Shown: positions 12,001-25,138, counted from the first letter of the stretch. The stretch is 64,000 nt of DNA from Eutreptiella sp. 'Long Island Sound 2002' (GCA_964036045.1 OZ038378.1:24924001-24988000), one strand, 5' to 3'. Notes: generated by a model from the sequence alone, not told the origin. A program made the numbers and translations.

Positions 12001-13324
12001 GAGGGGTTGGAATTTGTTGAGATTCACTGTCTTCTGCGCAGCGTCAAATGCTGCAGCCAGAAGCATTGCAGAACTGTTTGGGCCTGCTGCCGATTCATCA
12101 CAAAAGAACGCCTTCTTGCTTTGGGAGAACCGGGCACGGATGGGATGATACGCCAGAAAGTACTGTGGTGGTTGTCACCCTTTTCGGTTTTGATCAATCT
12201 GAGGGCGACTTTGGGTGCCGTACCTTGGCGAGACTAACAACCGGGAGTTGGGTGAGAGGTGGCGTTAGATGATTGGCAGACGGGGTAGCCCTACCCTTGA
12301 CACCCAAATTGGAGGCACACCTTGCTCTTGGATTTGGCCTCCCATTTGGCCTGTCCTATTGCCAAATACATTTTGAGCATAGCTGGTCGGTACCTGTGTG
12401 ACAACAGCAACCGTCCATTTACAATGTCTCCAGAAGAAACTTGTCAGAAGAATGCTCCAGAATCAGAGATGATGCTCAGCACCTCACAGGGGGGGTGGAG
12501 GTGGGGGTTAACTGGAAGAAGGCCATTGGGCAAGAGGGCACCAAATGAGACACGCATGCTGATGGTTGAGAAACACATCAAAATTGAAAAATGTATTTCC
12601 AGAAATATTGCCAAATCTTCATTTCAGGTGGAGAAAAACCAACATACCTCAGTAAAAACAATGGGTTGCGCATCCAACACCCCTTTGAGCATGTTTTCAA
12701 AAAGAACGAGAGGCACCCAAACCCATGGTATCTTAGATGGGGAATATTACTTGCCTTGAGATTGCCTTGAGAACTTGCCTCGGATTGGTATTTTTCGATA
12801 ATGAGGGACCAGCTCTTGGAATTGCATCCAGCTTGGGCATAGTCATCAGTGGCCAAAAAATAGCAGCTTCCATGCAATTTTCGTCATCGAGAACCGAGAC
12901 CCCCCACACACACACTGAATGCATCACCATTGAATTCAGGAGGGTGGCATCCTCAGCCTACACAAACACAACAAAAAAAACTATCAAGGGTGTTTTGCAG
13001 TACAGTAAACACCACAACTCATGGCAGTACACGAACCATACCAAATACGACCTGGACAGACCCGAGGGAGACAAAAGTAGGTACAAACAACCATGCTTCA
13101 CTTCATGACTTGAGTAAATACCGTGCCAGGATTGGAGCACATCTGCATGCAAAGCAATGATGTGGTGAGGGGATGTGCATGGAGGCATTGCTCAAGGACC
13201 CATAAAGGCTGGATGAGTAGGCCAGTTGGTACTTCCGGGTGCACGTACATGTGCGCCTTTTGAGGAGTTAAGGATGTTGAGGAGGGGGGGGGGGGGACCC
13301 CAGCCGACCAACCGACCCACCCAT

Positions 13325-13753
13325 TTACATCAGAAAAATTCTCCTCAAGAAAAAATGGAATATCTTAAGCGGGGGGGGGGGGTGAGATTGGAGGCTGGTT
13401 CCAGGTACACAAACTGTTTTTGGCCGCTGACCCACCCACACACCCCTTCCCCAGGGGTGCTTGCCACTAAGCAATGGCATGATGTGCATCTTCTGGGCAC
13501 GCTCTGCAACAGACACAGGGCACACCGGATCCCCATATGTCATCACACTGCTGCCTTGATACCCAAAGCTTCCGCCACTGTTGCCGTGCCCTCCTTTGCC
13601 CTTGCCGGACTTGGGCTCCACCGGCTTGATGGAGATGGGCTTGCCATTGTACTCCCCCGGGAAGCGGGCAAGGGCTTGCCTGCAGGCGTGCTCGGAATCG
13701 AACACCACAAAACCAAAACCCCGGCTGGCTTGCGTGTCACGATTCCGTATGAT
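13325..13753 (-). CDS. RRM gene exon G: IIRNRDTQASRGFGFVVFDSEHACRQALARFPGEYNGKPISIKPVEPKSGKGKGGHG...
   Basis: Acceptor CTCTCCACCAG|; RNP1 and Gly-rich tail. The frame stays open to 13325, but a donor near 13530-13570 is possible. Confidence 0.8.
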   Translation of the reverse strand: MIRNRDTQASRGFGFVVFDSEHACRQALARFPGEYNGKPISIKPVEPKSGKGKGGHGNSGGSFGYQGSSVMTYGDPVCPVSVAERAQKMHIMPLLSGKHPWGRGVWVGQRPKTVCVPGTSLQSHPPPPLKIFHFFLRRIFLM

Positions 13754-16700
13754 CTGGTGGAGAGGGGTGAGGTGATGGAGGGGAAAGAGGTCCAGTGGCA
13801 CAACTGGGAAGGGAACCATCATGCCCTCTGGCCCCCCAAAAGATACTTCATTGTGGCAGCACAGGCACAGACGTGCAGGCCCATGGGATTGAGCATACAA
13901 GCATACAAGCATACAAGCATACAAGCATACAAGCATACAAGCATACAAGCATACAAGCATACAAGCATACAAGCATACAAGCATACAAGCATACAAGCAT
14001 ACCTGCATGCCCAGAGGAGCGCAGGATCCCCAGCCCCTCCCCCAATCTGGGTAGCCCCCCCCCCGCCTTTGGCAAGGGGGATTAATTGCCGGCGTAAACC
14101 AGGAGGCGCCCTCTGTAGATGTGCATCTGGCTCGGGATGGCCACCTCAGACCCTCCACACTACAAATTGCTGTGATAACTTCGGGGCTCTATAGCCCTTG
14201 TGGGGGTGTGAGGTGAGTGACCCCCTTTGGGAGGAGCGTCAGCAGCAGCAACAGCAAGCAGCAGCAGCAACAGTCGTACACGCTTGAGACGCGAAAAACA
14301 TCAGAACTCGGCCTGTGGTGGTATGATTTGTGCAACAATTACGGTGGACGTCACCTTGTTGAAGATGAATTCCACAAACATTAAGGGGGTGGGAAAGGGG
14401 AAGCCTTAATGTTTTCGCGTCGGTTGGGTTGGTTTACATGCCCATGGGACCCAACGGACAGGGCCCACATGCCCAAAACGGTCTGGAAATGGCGATGTCC
14501 GGCCATTTGGGGCAGCTTTCGGAGCGTATCGTCTCAAGTTGCTGCATGGTGAACGTTGGTGAGCAAACACGTCTGACATGACGAGGAATCTACTCTCACC
14601 TTGGCTGAGCTCTGCCTGCCCGTTTCATGCGCATGTGTGTGTAGTCTGCTTGTTGCGTTCTTGCTGGTTGCCAAGGATATCGCGGCCCTATTGGCTGTAC
14701 GTGGCTTAGTTTAGCTGGAGCACCGGCACCACCACCACCAGCTGCACAATCTCAGTGAGCCCAGCATGGAAACAACACCAGCCAACACAGCCCAAGCAGC
14801 CCTTAATGCCAAGCTGTTGTACCTGGGTGCTTGATATGGGCCCGTACTGGCAGAACATTGTGCTGAGCTGGGTCTCATCAACTTCAGGTTGCAGCCCTGG
14901 GAAACAATGACGAATCTTGAGATCGAGAGTAAAACCCCTTTGGGCCAGTGTAACTTCACCACTCAGCGACATGTGTGGCACGCCCCACAGACACAGAGCA
15001 AAAGCAAAAAATCAGACAACGCAACCGTGGGCCCGTGAGCTAGCAAGAGAAACCCAAGCGGTTGAGTTTTTCCAGCTCTTGTAAGCAGTCAGAATGACCG
15101 TCGGGCTGACTACGTTGTTGGTGCTGGTGGTCTTGCCTGAATCACAGTCATTCTTCTTTGACAGAGAGTGGCCACCAAGTAAATATATAGCATTCGCGGA
15201 AAACAAGGGAGCCCTGCATGGTGTGCAAGAGTTGAGACAGCCCCTGGGGGCACGGGTGGGCCGTCTCCTCGCTTTTCCCGCCCTCCCCAGTAGCCCTCCC
15301 CTCGCGACTCCCCCCCCCCAGTAGAAATGGGCCGAAGGCCCCCAGGGGGGGGGGGGGGATTGGAGGGGGGGTTCAGGGAGGGGCGATGGGGGGGGGGTCC
15401 AGGTGGGGCGATTTGGGGTGGTGGTGGGGGGGGGGGGCACAGGCTCCCATTACCTCCCCTTGCCCTCCCTCTGGGGTGAGAGCTAGGGCTAGGGTTAGGG
15501 CTAGGGTTAGGGTTAGGGTCATGGGTAGGGTTAGGTGTAGGGTTAGGAGCAGGCTGAGGGTTGGGGTGGGTGTTAGAGTCAAGGTTGGGTTCAAGTATAG
15601 CGTTGGGGTGCTCCACCGCCTGGGCGGGGAGGGATGCTACGTGGGCAAGGGGAATGAAAAAAAAATTTCGGGCGCCTTTGGCGCCACCATATGTATGGCC
15701 GGTAGCTATTGACCCGTGGTAACTAAGTGGGCCTGGAGGGCAGGGAGGGGGGGGGGGGGGGGAGTCGCGTACCCGAACCGAGGAGATGGCCCCCCCGTGC
15801 CTGGGGGCTATTTGGCAGTGCAGTATGGATCACTGTTGGTTTAGCAGGGCTGTCCTAAACATCACAAGAGGCAACGCACCTCCAACAAATATCTTCCGTT
15901 GCGTGAAATCCTCCTGAGGGATGCTCTCTTTGACACTGACAATTTGGCCTGCAATCACAAAGCAGGCAGTGCAGGCCTCGTGTAGGCGACGCTGCAGACT
16001 GCCTGGGCCCAACAGATACGTGCAACAACAACACAAGAAAGGCCGTAGACAACAAAAAAAAAGGCAACCAAACCTACACATAAACGCAAAGGGTGAGAGG
16101 CCCCAAACGCAGACCGACAGGGTCAGTGGGGTCCCTTACTGGAGGCCTTGTCTTGGGGGCCCTAACAAGAGAGTGACTGCAGTGCATTGCAAGGGACATC
16201 TTGTACAAGGGTGTGAAATCATCAGTGCAGTGATGATGCGTATTTTCTGTCTCACAAAAAAGAGCGGGAAAATGGTGAAATGACAAATGACCCAGCAGAT
16301 GACAAAAACCGTCGAAGTCAATGAAAAACACAACACCACATGCCCCTCTCCATACTCAGCATTAATGCTCATGCCAAACTTGCAGCAGAAAGGTCGGGTC
16401 TGATATGGTTGTTCTCAGGCTGGAAAGTGGCTTATTCGCAAGGTCCAACACACTGTTGCCAGGGGTTAGTTGCGCTTCAAGGAGCAGTGTTACCTGCACC
16501 CTGGCCCTCTAGACTACACCTGCAAGGCACGGCATGTCCAATAGACCAACAGAACTCAGGCGGCGCTCCCAGGGAGAACCCAGGGCCACAGTGGCTGGGC
16601 TAATGACCTTGGCAGGACTGATGCAAGCGTTGGCAGGTCAGCTGACTGGGTCAGCGGCACGGGGTGGTCAGCATGCAGACAGGACAGGGGCTCTGCCACA

Positions 16701-19700
16701 GGGTAGGGAGGGAAAGGCGCGGAGGTGCTCCATCAGGGGTGTGTGGACCGCGCCAGGTAGGCCCCTTAGACAACCGCCACCTCCGGAAATTCGTCTGCAA
16801 AGCTAGCGGCCAAAAGCAGGCTCTCCTTGCACTTGGCAAAAGGCACCACCACTAAGCAGCGGAAATTGCCTTGGTCGAGGTCTAGTTTTAGACCTAGCCT
16901 GAGCATCAACATTGCCATCACACCAGGCAACATACCAAGGCGGCTGCCAGCAGAACTGTGCAGCAGGCTGAAGGCCAAGAGGTCCAAGCGTGCAGCCTCT
17001 CTAGCTAAAATGCAATTAGCTGATGGCATTGACAGCACCGTCCTCGGGCCACTCAGCTGGAGATGCTCCTTACTGAGGCTAGTATGCCTTGGTATCCATC
17101 TTTTTGAATTCGGCCGCATGGTTGAAGCAATAGTATCTATTTCATTGTGGTTGTGATGCACTCAATTTTCAAAGGATTTTTTTAATTTGTTCTACTTCCC
17201 TTTGCTATTGTCACCGTTTTGTACAGTATTTTTTCGTGGCGGCAGCGTCGTAAATTTTTGCAGTTGAATTGTAAATCGGAGGGTCTAAAGTCTATTTTGT
17301 TTACGGCAGTCTAGCCGTAAATTTTTTTGGGGGACAGCGCCTTCGGAGCTAGGGGCTAAACATCATGCATAGTGGTATGAAGTCAGTTTCTGTCCATGTA
17401 TGGGACCAGATTTCTATTGATTTGTGCGGTAATCTCCAGGTGTTTCTAACAGCAAAACGCAACAACCTTGTGAGAGCCACCACATGTAACCCTTTGGGGT
17501 TAGTCGAGGAATGCCCCAGGGTAGCTTACCCGTGGTGGAAGCCAACCTAAGGCCATTAGGAGTGTAGCAACATTTCCGCATAGCCGCTGGAGCGTAGGCT
17601 GCCCAACCCATATTCCCCTAGAATTCCTTGCAATGGGCTCCTCTGATCCGCTGCCGGTGCCCAGCACACAGGGCACACACAAACCCAACAACAACCAACT
17701 GTGGAGTGGGCATGTGTGCCAACACCTCCCAACCCACCCACCCACACCCACAGCCCCACAGCTATGGCGACAACATCATCTTGCTGCAGCACTCATACAC
17801 AGATGAGAACAAGGGAATAGATCTTAGTGGTGCCCTCCAAAAGGATGGTTCTCCTCTTCATGAACACATGTAGGCATGGCCTGCCATGCCCAAGCGGCAC
17901 ACGGCAGCGGCTGTCTGAATGTCAAGCATGCGGGGCGCTGGGGAGTGCCAGTATACAAGGCACCACAGGGCCAGGCATGGACAGCTTTGGGCTCTGGGGT
18001 GCCTGCTGTAGGCCAACCACTCCCACCCTCACATGCGCTGACAGGCATGGCAGTATCACCTGCTCACTTGCCCTGGGGAGGGGGCGGTTGAGACTGTCAC
18101 CAGTCCGTCAGGCCTTGCAACTGACACTGAGGATGGTTAATACAAGTCGTGTGTGGCATGGACAGAGCTGCAACCGTGGTCACCACAGTCCTAGAGGAAG
18201 CCAACATAACCCAACCCAACCCTGCTTATGGGCAGGCGGCCTGTCAAGGGTGGGACCCTTATTCCCAGGAGGCAAAAGCACGGTGCACCTCCCTTAATGT
18301 GGCCCTGAGTTGGGGTGAGGGACTCGCAATCCACGCTTTATTGCGTGGCCCCTGGAGTTGGGGTTAGGGACTCGCAATCCACGCTTTGTTGTGCGGCCCC
18401 TTGAGTTGGGATTAGGGACTCTCAATCCACATTTTGTTGTGTGGCCCCTTGAGTTGGGGTGAGGGACTCTCAATCCACGCTTTGTTGCGTGGCCCCTTGA
18501 GTTGGGATTAGGTACTCGCAATCCACGCTTTGTTGCGTGGCCCCTTGAGTTGGGGTTAGGGACTCGCAATCCACGCTTTGTTGCGTGGCCTAGGCCCGGA
18601 TACTGCCAGGCCCCGGGGGACTCATTGCAGCGCCGACAGCCCCCCACTGGGGGTCCACCCCCGGAGCCGTCCAGTGGAGGAAGCACCCCATGAGGATGTC
18701 CTCCAGGCAGAGGTGGCTGGGGGGCAGGCTTTTTTGGGATGCCCCTTGAGTTGGGGTTAGGGACTCGCAATCCACACTTTGTTTGGTGGCCCCTTGAGTT
18801 GGGGTTAGGGACTCTCAATCCACACTTTGTTGCGTGGCCCCTTGAGTTGGGGTTAGGGACTCGCAATCCACGCTTTGTTGCGTGGCCTAGGCCACGCTTT
18901 GTTGCGTGGCCTAGGCCCGGATACTGCCAGGCCCCGGGGGACTCATTGCAGCGCCGACAGCCCCCCACTGGGGGTCCACCCCCGGAGCCGTCCAGTGGAG
19001 GAAGCACCCCATGAGGATGTCCTCCAGGCAGAGGTGGCTGGGGGGCAGCCCCCCGAGGGCGTGCAGCGCGCAGGTGACGCTCGCCAGGGACTGCTCGGAG
19101 CGCGTGAGGCGCGCAGGTAGCCTGGCTCACATGGGTGAGCCACAGGCGGAGAGCGGGTGCCGGATCGCACCGTGCCATCGAGCGGCGCATCTACTGTTCC
19201 CAGGTGCGCTAGCGGCTGCGGGGAACCGGCTGCAGCGCGTGACGGCCCATGTAGAATGGGGACGGCGGCGGGAGGGCGCGTTATAGTGGGTACATGACAT
19301 TGCGCTGCGGCATGGTGCAAAGCTGTACCCATAGCGCGGAGCGTGCTAAGCGCCCTAGCGCCTCAGCGGGAGGGGAGGGGGGGGGGGTGCCGTTCAGGCA
19401 TCACCGGGTCCACGGCCGCGGTCGCGCCTTGCCCGAACATCTCTCCGGGGTGGCCGTGCCCCTGGGCCTTGTGGTGGGCTGCAGTTGGCGGGGCCTACGA
19501 TGGCGCTCACCGAAAACGGAGGGTGGGGGTGTTCCTTTAGAGGGGGATCAACATTGTCGAGCACACCACCAAAATTTTCAACTTGAGCCCCCACTATCTC
19601 CGCCTTCCAAAGACGTTGTCATGCCGCCCAAATCCATCTCCACTGCACCATTCCTCCCTCCACAAAGTCCTCCAGGCGCTACATACAGGGCTGAATCTCC

Positions 19701-22700
19701 CCCTCCCACGGCGCCGGGGACCCCATCAGTCACACTCGTGGAACCAGTGCCGTTGGACCCCCTTGAAGCCATGCGACACGTGTGGCAGGCCATGAGTGGC
19801 ACATCTGTGACATTTAGGGGGGGGTAGGATTCTTCTTTGAGGCATAGATCGGTTGACCATCCTTGATGTAGAACTTATCGCCAAAAGCCGCCAATCGGTG
19901 CCTTACCACATCCTCAGCAGCTGCTCCTATGGCCCCGAAATGGAAAAACCAGCCAAACTAGAGCCGGCAAGGCACACAAGCGGCTTGGATGACTGCCAAC
20001 CCGTATAACCTATATGGATTGGGGCGCACAAAAGAACTATAGGAATTACTGAACATGATGGATACAATTTAAGCAGATACATTATCAACAGCAATACTAG
20101 CAATACTAAAGTGTCCATCGATGAAGTATACTAGGACCTCAAAGGTATACATGGAGAATGCACAATAGTAGATGACACACCAACTAAAAGTATGTGGACG
20201 CCCTTGCACAAGGCGGTCCACTATGCCAGGTCAATATGATCTTGAAAGATGATGTGTATACAACTTTTTACGGTGCCTCTCAAGGGGCCATTGCCCCACG
20301 GGATGCTGCACCCTATTTGTGAAGGCAACGGTGGTTTGCTTGCCCCCAAACCAGCACTCTCCGGTCCTACATCCAACTAACATAATGCCACCATGCCAAG
20401 GCGATCAAGGCCCAGGTCCTCGCCAATTCTTGTGGATAGGCGCTCTGTGCTCCACTGAGGAGTCAACCCTCACCAAGCTTGCAATTGTGGAACTAACTAT
20501 GGAACAAGGCCGATCAATATCGCGGGCTCCTTGGAGATGGGTGCCCGCCGTCAGTGAGTCACACTTCAGTGCACTTGAGCTGTTGCCGAAGTCCCCTGTG
20601 GAGCTAGCATAGCAGTCCCTGTGGAGCTAGCATAGCAGTCCCTGTGAAGCTAGCATGGCAGTCCCTGTGGAGCTAGCATAGTAGTCCCTATGGAGCTAGC
20701 ATAGCAGAAGCCACGAAGCCTTTAGGGCAAGTGGTTGGGGGTGCAGAAGCCACGAAGCCTTTGGGGCAGGTGGTTGGGGGTTTGGATCCCACCAACACCA
20801 AAAATTGGCAACTGCACCAGGGATCTTTTCTGCTCATCCAAAGCTGGGTCAAGGCTAACCAAGAAGCTTAGTCACCACTAATTGAGCATGGCATGCCCCC
20901 AGGAGTCAACTGAGCACAATTTTCCATGTGGGCTGGTTGACCTCAATAGAAAGTCTGTTGTATTTGTGCATGTTGCCGACAATCAACTAGAATGTGCCTT
21001 TGCATGAAAAAGACAATTGGGAGGAGCAATTTCAACGGAAAATATGGTGATTGTGATGAAATTATAATGCAATTAAAGTAAAGAGCATGTTCAACTGACG
21101 CCGACCCCAACAAGCGATCTTGGATTGAACAGCGGCAGGCAAAATGGCTTTGTAACCCCTACTGCATCGAAGTCTCCAAAAATTGAAAGCGTTGAACCTA
21201 GCTAATAGTCCCTGCTGTATTGGCGTCTCCTAAGCAAAGAGGATTGAAAGTGGCTGTGCAACCACTGTGGTATTGAGGTTTCCAAAGCAGAGTGCGTTTC
21301 CAGCAGCTACACATAACCTGTACTGTCTCGGGGTCCCCAGAATGGGGAATCGATGTCCCCACATAAACCGTGCTGTCTCAGGTTCCCCATATCTGGGAGG
21401 CACCAGTGTGTTGCAAGAAGAGCATGAAATAGGAGTGGTGGTGTTTATCAACAGACGCAGAAATTGAAGTGCACATTCGGAATCTCCATGCAATTCTGAG
21501 CATTTGGAAGTGAACTGATGTCTGATGACATTAAAACGGTCTTCTTCACAGGTCACGCACCACCAGCAAATCCTCGCTGTGCCTTCGGCACTAAATATTG
21601 TCCAGACCCCCTCACCATGTTGGCCCCTGGAGGGATTGGTTGGTGGGGGGTTTCAGTGTAAGGACTGCTGCCCGGCGCCCCCCCTCCCCCTGTGCTGTGG
21701 TGAATGAGACTGCATGACTGCACTCCTGATGTGTGTGAAGTGAAGGGTCCTGTGATGATGTGTGTGTTGAATGTCAAACAGACGCGCAAACCCTCACCCC
21801 CAACGGACATGTTCTCATCCTCTTCAACGGTGCCATGGGCATGGCTTCCATAAGTTACTTCTGCATGTGTTTGATGATCCACAGCTCCACAGCCCGAAAC
21901 GAACCCAAACCTCTCAGACCTGGTGAGGGGTTCCATTTGGATGGCAGCATACATACCCATCACTGCCACCGAGCCACTGAGCAAAGCAGACAGTGGAGCA
22001 GTTTCGAAAGTGACAAATCCAAATCCTCGACTTCGACCGTCAGTGGTCGTCAGCACCACGCAGTCCTGTAGTTGGGCATGGGCAAGGGCAGACAAGTATC
22101 ACTGGGTTTGGAAGGTCAGTGAAGGATGAAGTGGCAATAGGGCTACAAGAAGGCATTAGATAATGACTTGGACGGACTGCTGCCTTACCTGTGTCCTAAA
22201 TCGACCAGCCAGGCCACTGTGGGCATCATCACAATCACAATGTGCATGTATATGCATGTGCATGATGTGAGGGCAACCACATTACGGAAGGACACCAGTA
22301 TGGGTCAGCAGGGCCAGCTGCATTTGGATTCACCGGCCATGCTGTGACTGATGGCCACCATTTCGTCCTTTGGTCTCTCCGGATCGTAACCTGACATTTG
22401 GTGTGCCCAACAACGAACAAGCAACGGAAGCTGTCTGCGAGTATCTTAAAAATAAGTTCACACCCATCAACTGATGTTTGGGATGTGGGCCTATGTAGGT
22501 ATTTGCTTGCTAGGTTTGCGATGGCTGTTGCCCCATGTCAATTACTGGGGTATGTGCTGTGACAATGTGCAATGAGCTTCAACAACAACACTTCTAGTGT
22601 TCCAACAACAGTTCTAGTGCCCAGCAGCTACTACAAAATGCCTGTAACCCTAACCCTAACTGTAAAGATTGTACTAGTGGATACCCCCGGTGTGTGCCAT

Positions 22701-25023
22701 CTTCTTGAGGTTGTCTTGCTTCTCCTCCTCCTTCTCGAACTCACCAATGTGCTTTTGAGCAGCAGATTACAACTTTTAGTTCTATCTACCCCGAACTCCA
22801 GAATCTGAACACCCTGTTGTCTGACTGTACCTCGCTCAATGTCATACCTGATTCGGTACATTATCTGTGTGCAACTCGTGGGGTTTGGCCAGAAGAGCGA
22901 CGAGGGTCGTATGCAATACATGCAGAGCAGTTGACTCGCATAAACCCAGCAAGAGCAGTCAGATGCCCACATGGTTCACCCTTCACTTCCACTTGCCATG
23001 GGGACCATCTGATTTGGCCTCTCAATCAATATGCTGCTTGGAAAAAGGAATGGCTTGCACAAACAAGTGGAACCAAACAAACCTTCACAGCGCCATATGA
23101 ATTCATATGAGACTCCAACGTTTCGGTTCTGCAATCTGGGGGCAACCCACCAATGAAATATTTGAATGCCTCTGCAGGCCTAGAACTCGTCACATTGCTC
23201 ACTGACAAACGGAAGCGCAAAGAAAGAGAAAAATGCAGAGCACTCACTGTAAGGACTGTGCATGATGGCATACGTATACCTTCTGCATCTCGCCCCTGGT
23301 ATCCGTTACAGGGTCCTGGTGTGTCGTTTGGTGAGAAATCAGGGGGGCCAAGGGGCGGCAACCGGAGGAATTGTGGGGGGGGCAGGGAGTGGGGCTACGG
23401 TGTGGCAAATATAGTTTGTTGCTCGGTGCTTCATGAATTGCTGTGGTCCAAGTGATGGACGGGGCGGCACTTGCAATAGGGAAGGTAGGGACAGTAGAGG
23501 CTTGACTTCTAGAGTTTGATAGAGGTGCGAAGTGGCCGACATTCATGTATTTGCAGCAAGGGAGGGTGGGCCACAGTAGTAGCAGGAGGAGCATCAAGAT
23601 GGAACCCTGGAAATTGCTATGCAGCTGCAGCAGTAGCCATTGCACTTGCACATGCAGGTCTGTGCTTGGGGTTCTCTCCTTTTGCCCCGTCCACGAGTGC
23701 CCATGCTCTTGTCCAAGCCCTCCCCTTGACCCAGTCTTCCATGCCTGTCCTGCTCTTCCCCGGGGTGCCGGAAGGTGCCCAACTGACAGTTCTTGCAGCC
23801 ATACCAGCTCCTGGCTCCATTCTCCTCCGGTCTTGTGGATTCTGCCGCCTGTGCTTGCCCCTCTGAGGGGCAAGGGGCAATACTTGCAGTGTGTGTGCCT
23901 TCGGAACACAGTCCCCCAAACACACTGAGAAGCCACCTTAGCATCGACCCATCTCCCACCAAGTGCCTTTCTTGGTAACCCCACGGCTGTTGACATTTTG
24001 GATGTGGTTCGGTGATGGGACGTGGTGTGCAATGTGGTGACGAGGTACGCCTCATGTGAGGCAGTGAATCACCTCATTCTCGTGGTTTTCTTTGCCTCCT
24101 GAACTCCCTAGATTTTTTTTGTGTGGGCCACCCATGTTCCCTATTGTTTTCCCCTTGTGTTCCCTGTTTGGTCTGTGGTTGCTCCAGCCTTTGATGTATC
24201 ATGTCATGCTGCAGATTTGATACATACTAATACTGCATCATAGAAACTCTTGTCCCCAATGTCATTCCCCAGACTGCCCTCCTGCAGGTATAAGCATGTG
24301 TCCAACGGCGGTTGAAACGCACAATCTACATATGATCTATCTGGCATTGAAGCAGAAGCTGGTGGTTCAACACACCTGGAGCCTCTTGCATCTCACTTTG
24401 CCCCACAGCCTGCTTCACAGTGACTTTGGAGCCATTAATAACGATGGGTGCTGACATAACTTCGGCAGAGGGTGCCTCCGAAAATGTTACAAATCCAAAC
24501 CCTCGCCCTACTCCACCTCTGCGTACACAGAAGGCCTCTGCCACCTGTGAAAAAGTAAATAGCAGTACAGAATACCGTCACCGAACAGAACACCCAGTTG
24601 AAGCGGTGTTCCTAAACCATGACCGCAGCCACTGTTACACTTGCCGGAGAGCTATCAAAGAGTCGTTGAAGATTGGTCGAGGAGGGAGATGCTGAAAATA
24701 TTCAGGGGGTCTGCAAGGGTCTACAAAGAGTGGCAATAAATAGGGCAGTACGTGGTGGCAAGCTAAGAGGGGTCCTAACATGGATATGCACAGGCAATCA
24801 GTTGCAACAGTCGCATAGCAAACTTCCGTGGTAGGTACGCGGAGGCAGAAGGGGGAACAGACCACTTCCATTCACAGGATTTCAGCGAGGCAGGCACAGG
24901 AACACACACCAGTCCATACGGTTCAAATGCCTGTGACAGTTCTGTGTCCATCGTTTGTGGATGCACCCCACCGACGAAATACTTATGGGCCATGGACCCA
25001 TCCGTGACTGGAGCACTTTGCAT
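13325..25023 (-). CDS. Multi-exon gene for a triple-RRM RNA-binding protein (hnRNP A/B/D-Musashi-DAZAP1-like) with a Gly-rich tail; 3' end uncertain
   Basis: Exons 25023-24910, 24544-24376, 23171-23083, 22065-21957, 15948-15880, 14896-14823 and 13753 onward join in frame via GT-AG introns. They give three RRMs with RNP2 (KYFVGG, KYFIGG, KIFVGG) and RNP1 (RGFGFVTF twice, RGFGFVVF). Confidence 0.9.
13892..14002. repeat. (AGCATACA)n 8-bp tandem repeat, ~14 copies, intronic
   Basis: Direct reading. Confidence 0.97.
14823..14896 (-). CDS. RRM gene exon F: LQPEVDETQLSTMFCQYGPISSTQ
   Basis: Acceptor TTTCCCAG|, donor CAG|GTACAA; 74 nt; phase 1 to 0. Confidence 0.9.
15481..15548 (+). repeat. Interstitial telomere-like (TTAGGG/CTAGGG)n tract
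   Basis: CTAGGGCTAGGGTTAGGGCTAGGGTTAGGGTTAGGG... Confidence 0.85.
15880..15948 (-). CDS. RRM gene exon E: QIVSVKESIPQEDFTQRKIFVG(G)
   Basis: Acceptor TTGCAG|, donor GAG|GTGCGT; 69 nt; completes RRM2 beta4 and starts RRM3. Confidence 0.88.
18300..19048. repeat. 48-bp minisatellite array with a higher-order 139-bp duplication
   Basis: Unit GGCCCCTTGAGTTGGGGTTAGGGACTCGCAATCCACGCTTTGTTGCGT. Block 18589-18727 is repeated at 18910-19048. Confidence 0.92.
20591..20780. repeat. 23-bp tandem repeat (~5 copies) followed by a 39-bp duplication
   Basis: GTCCCTGTGGAGCTAGCATAGCA repeated, then GCAGAAGCCACGAAGCCTTT(A/G)GGGCA(A/G)GTGGTTGGGGGT twice. Confidence 0.9.
21957..22065 (-). CDS. RRM gene exon D: DCVVLTTTDGRSRGFGFVTFETAPLSALLSGSVAVM(G)
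   Basis: Acceptor CTACAG|, donor ATGG|GTATGT; 109 nt; phase 0 to 1. Confidence 0.9.
23083..23171 (-). CDS. RRM gene exon C: (E)AFKYFIGGLPPDCRTETLESHMNSYGAVK
   Basis: Acceptor CTGCAG|, donor AAG|GTTTGT; 89 nt; phase 1 to 0. Confidence 0.9.
24376..24544 (-). CDS. RRM gene exon B: VAEAFCVRRGGVGRGFGFVTFSE...KVTVKQAVGQSEMQEAP
   Basis: Acceptor TTTTTCACAG|, donor CCAG|GTGTGT; 169 nt; ends in phase 1. Confidence 0.92.
24910..25023 (-). CDS. RRM gene exon A: MQSAPVTDGSMAHKYFVGGVHPQTMDTELSQAFEPYGL
   Basis: AG immediately before ATG; donor CTG|GTGTGT; phase 0; 114 nt. Confidence 0.9.
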
Positions 25024-25138
25024 CTGTCGGCCTCAAAATGCAATGACTTCTGACATCTGCACCCACAAGAACCACCTTAATCAGAGGAGAACGCAATGGT
25101 GCTACACTTCATCAAAACGGATGACGACTGTGGCACAG

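Noticed and set aside
13226-14194. 322-aa plus-strand ORF
   Set aside because: Antisense to RRM exon G plus the 8-bp microsatellite.
17500-17560. GVSRGMPQGSLP, similar to an RT PQG motif
   Set aside because: Too short and surrounded by stops; possibly an ancient LINE scrap.
18294-19190. 298-aa ORF with GHATKRGLRVPNPNSR repeats
   Set aside because: Translation of the stop-free 48-bp minisatellite.
21553-21956. Frame stays open 134 codons past the exon D donor
   Set aside because: Splicing to exon E restores the RRM beta4 strand; open runs of this length arise by chance. Intron retention is not excluded.
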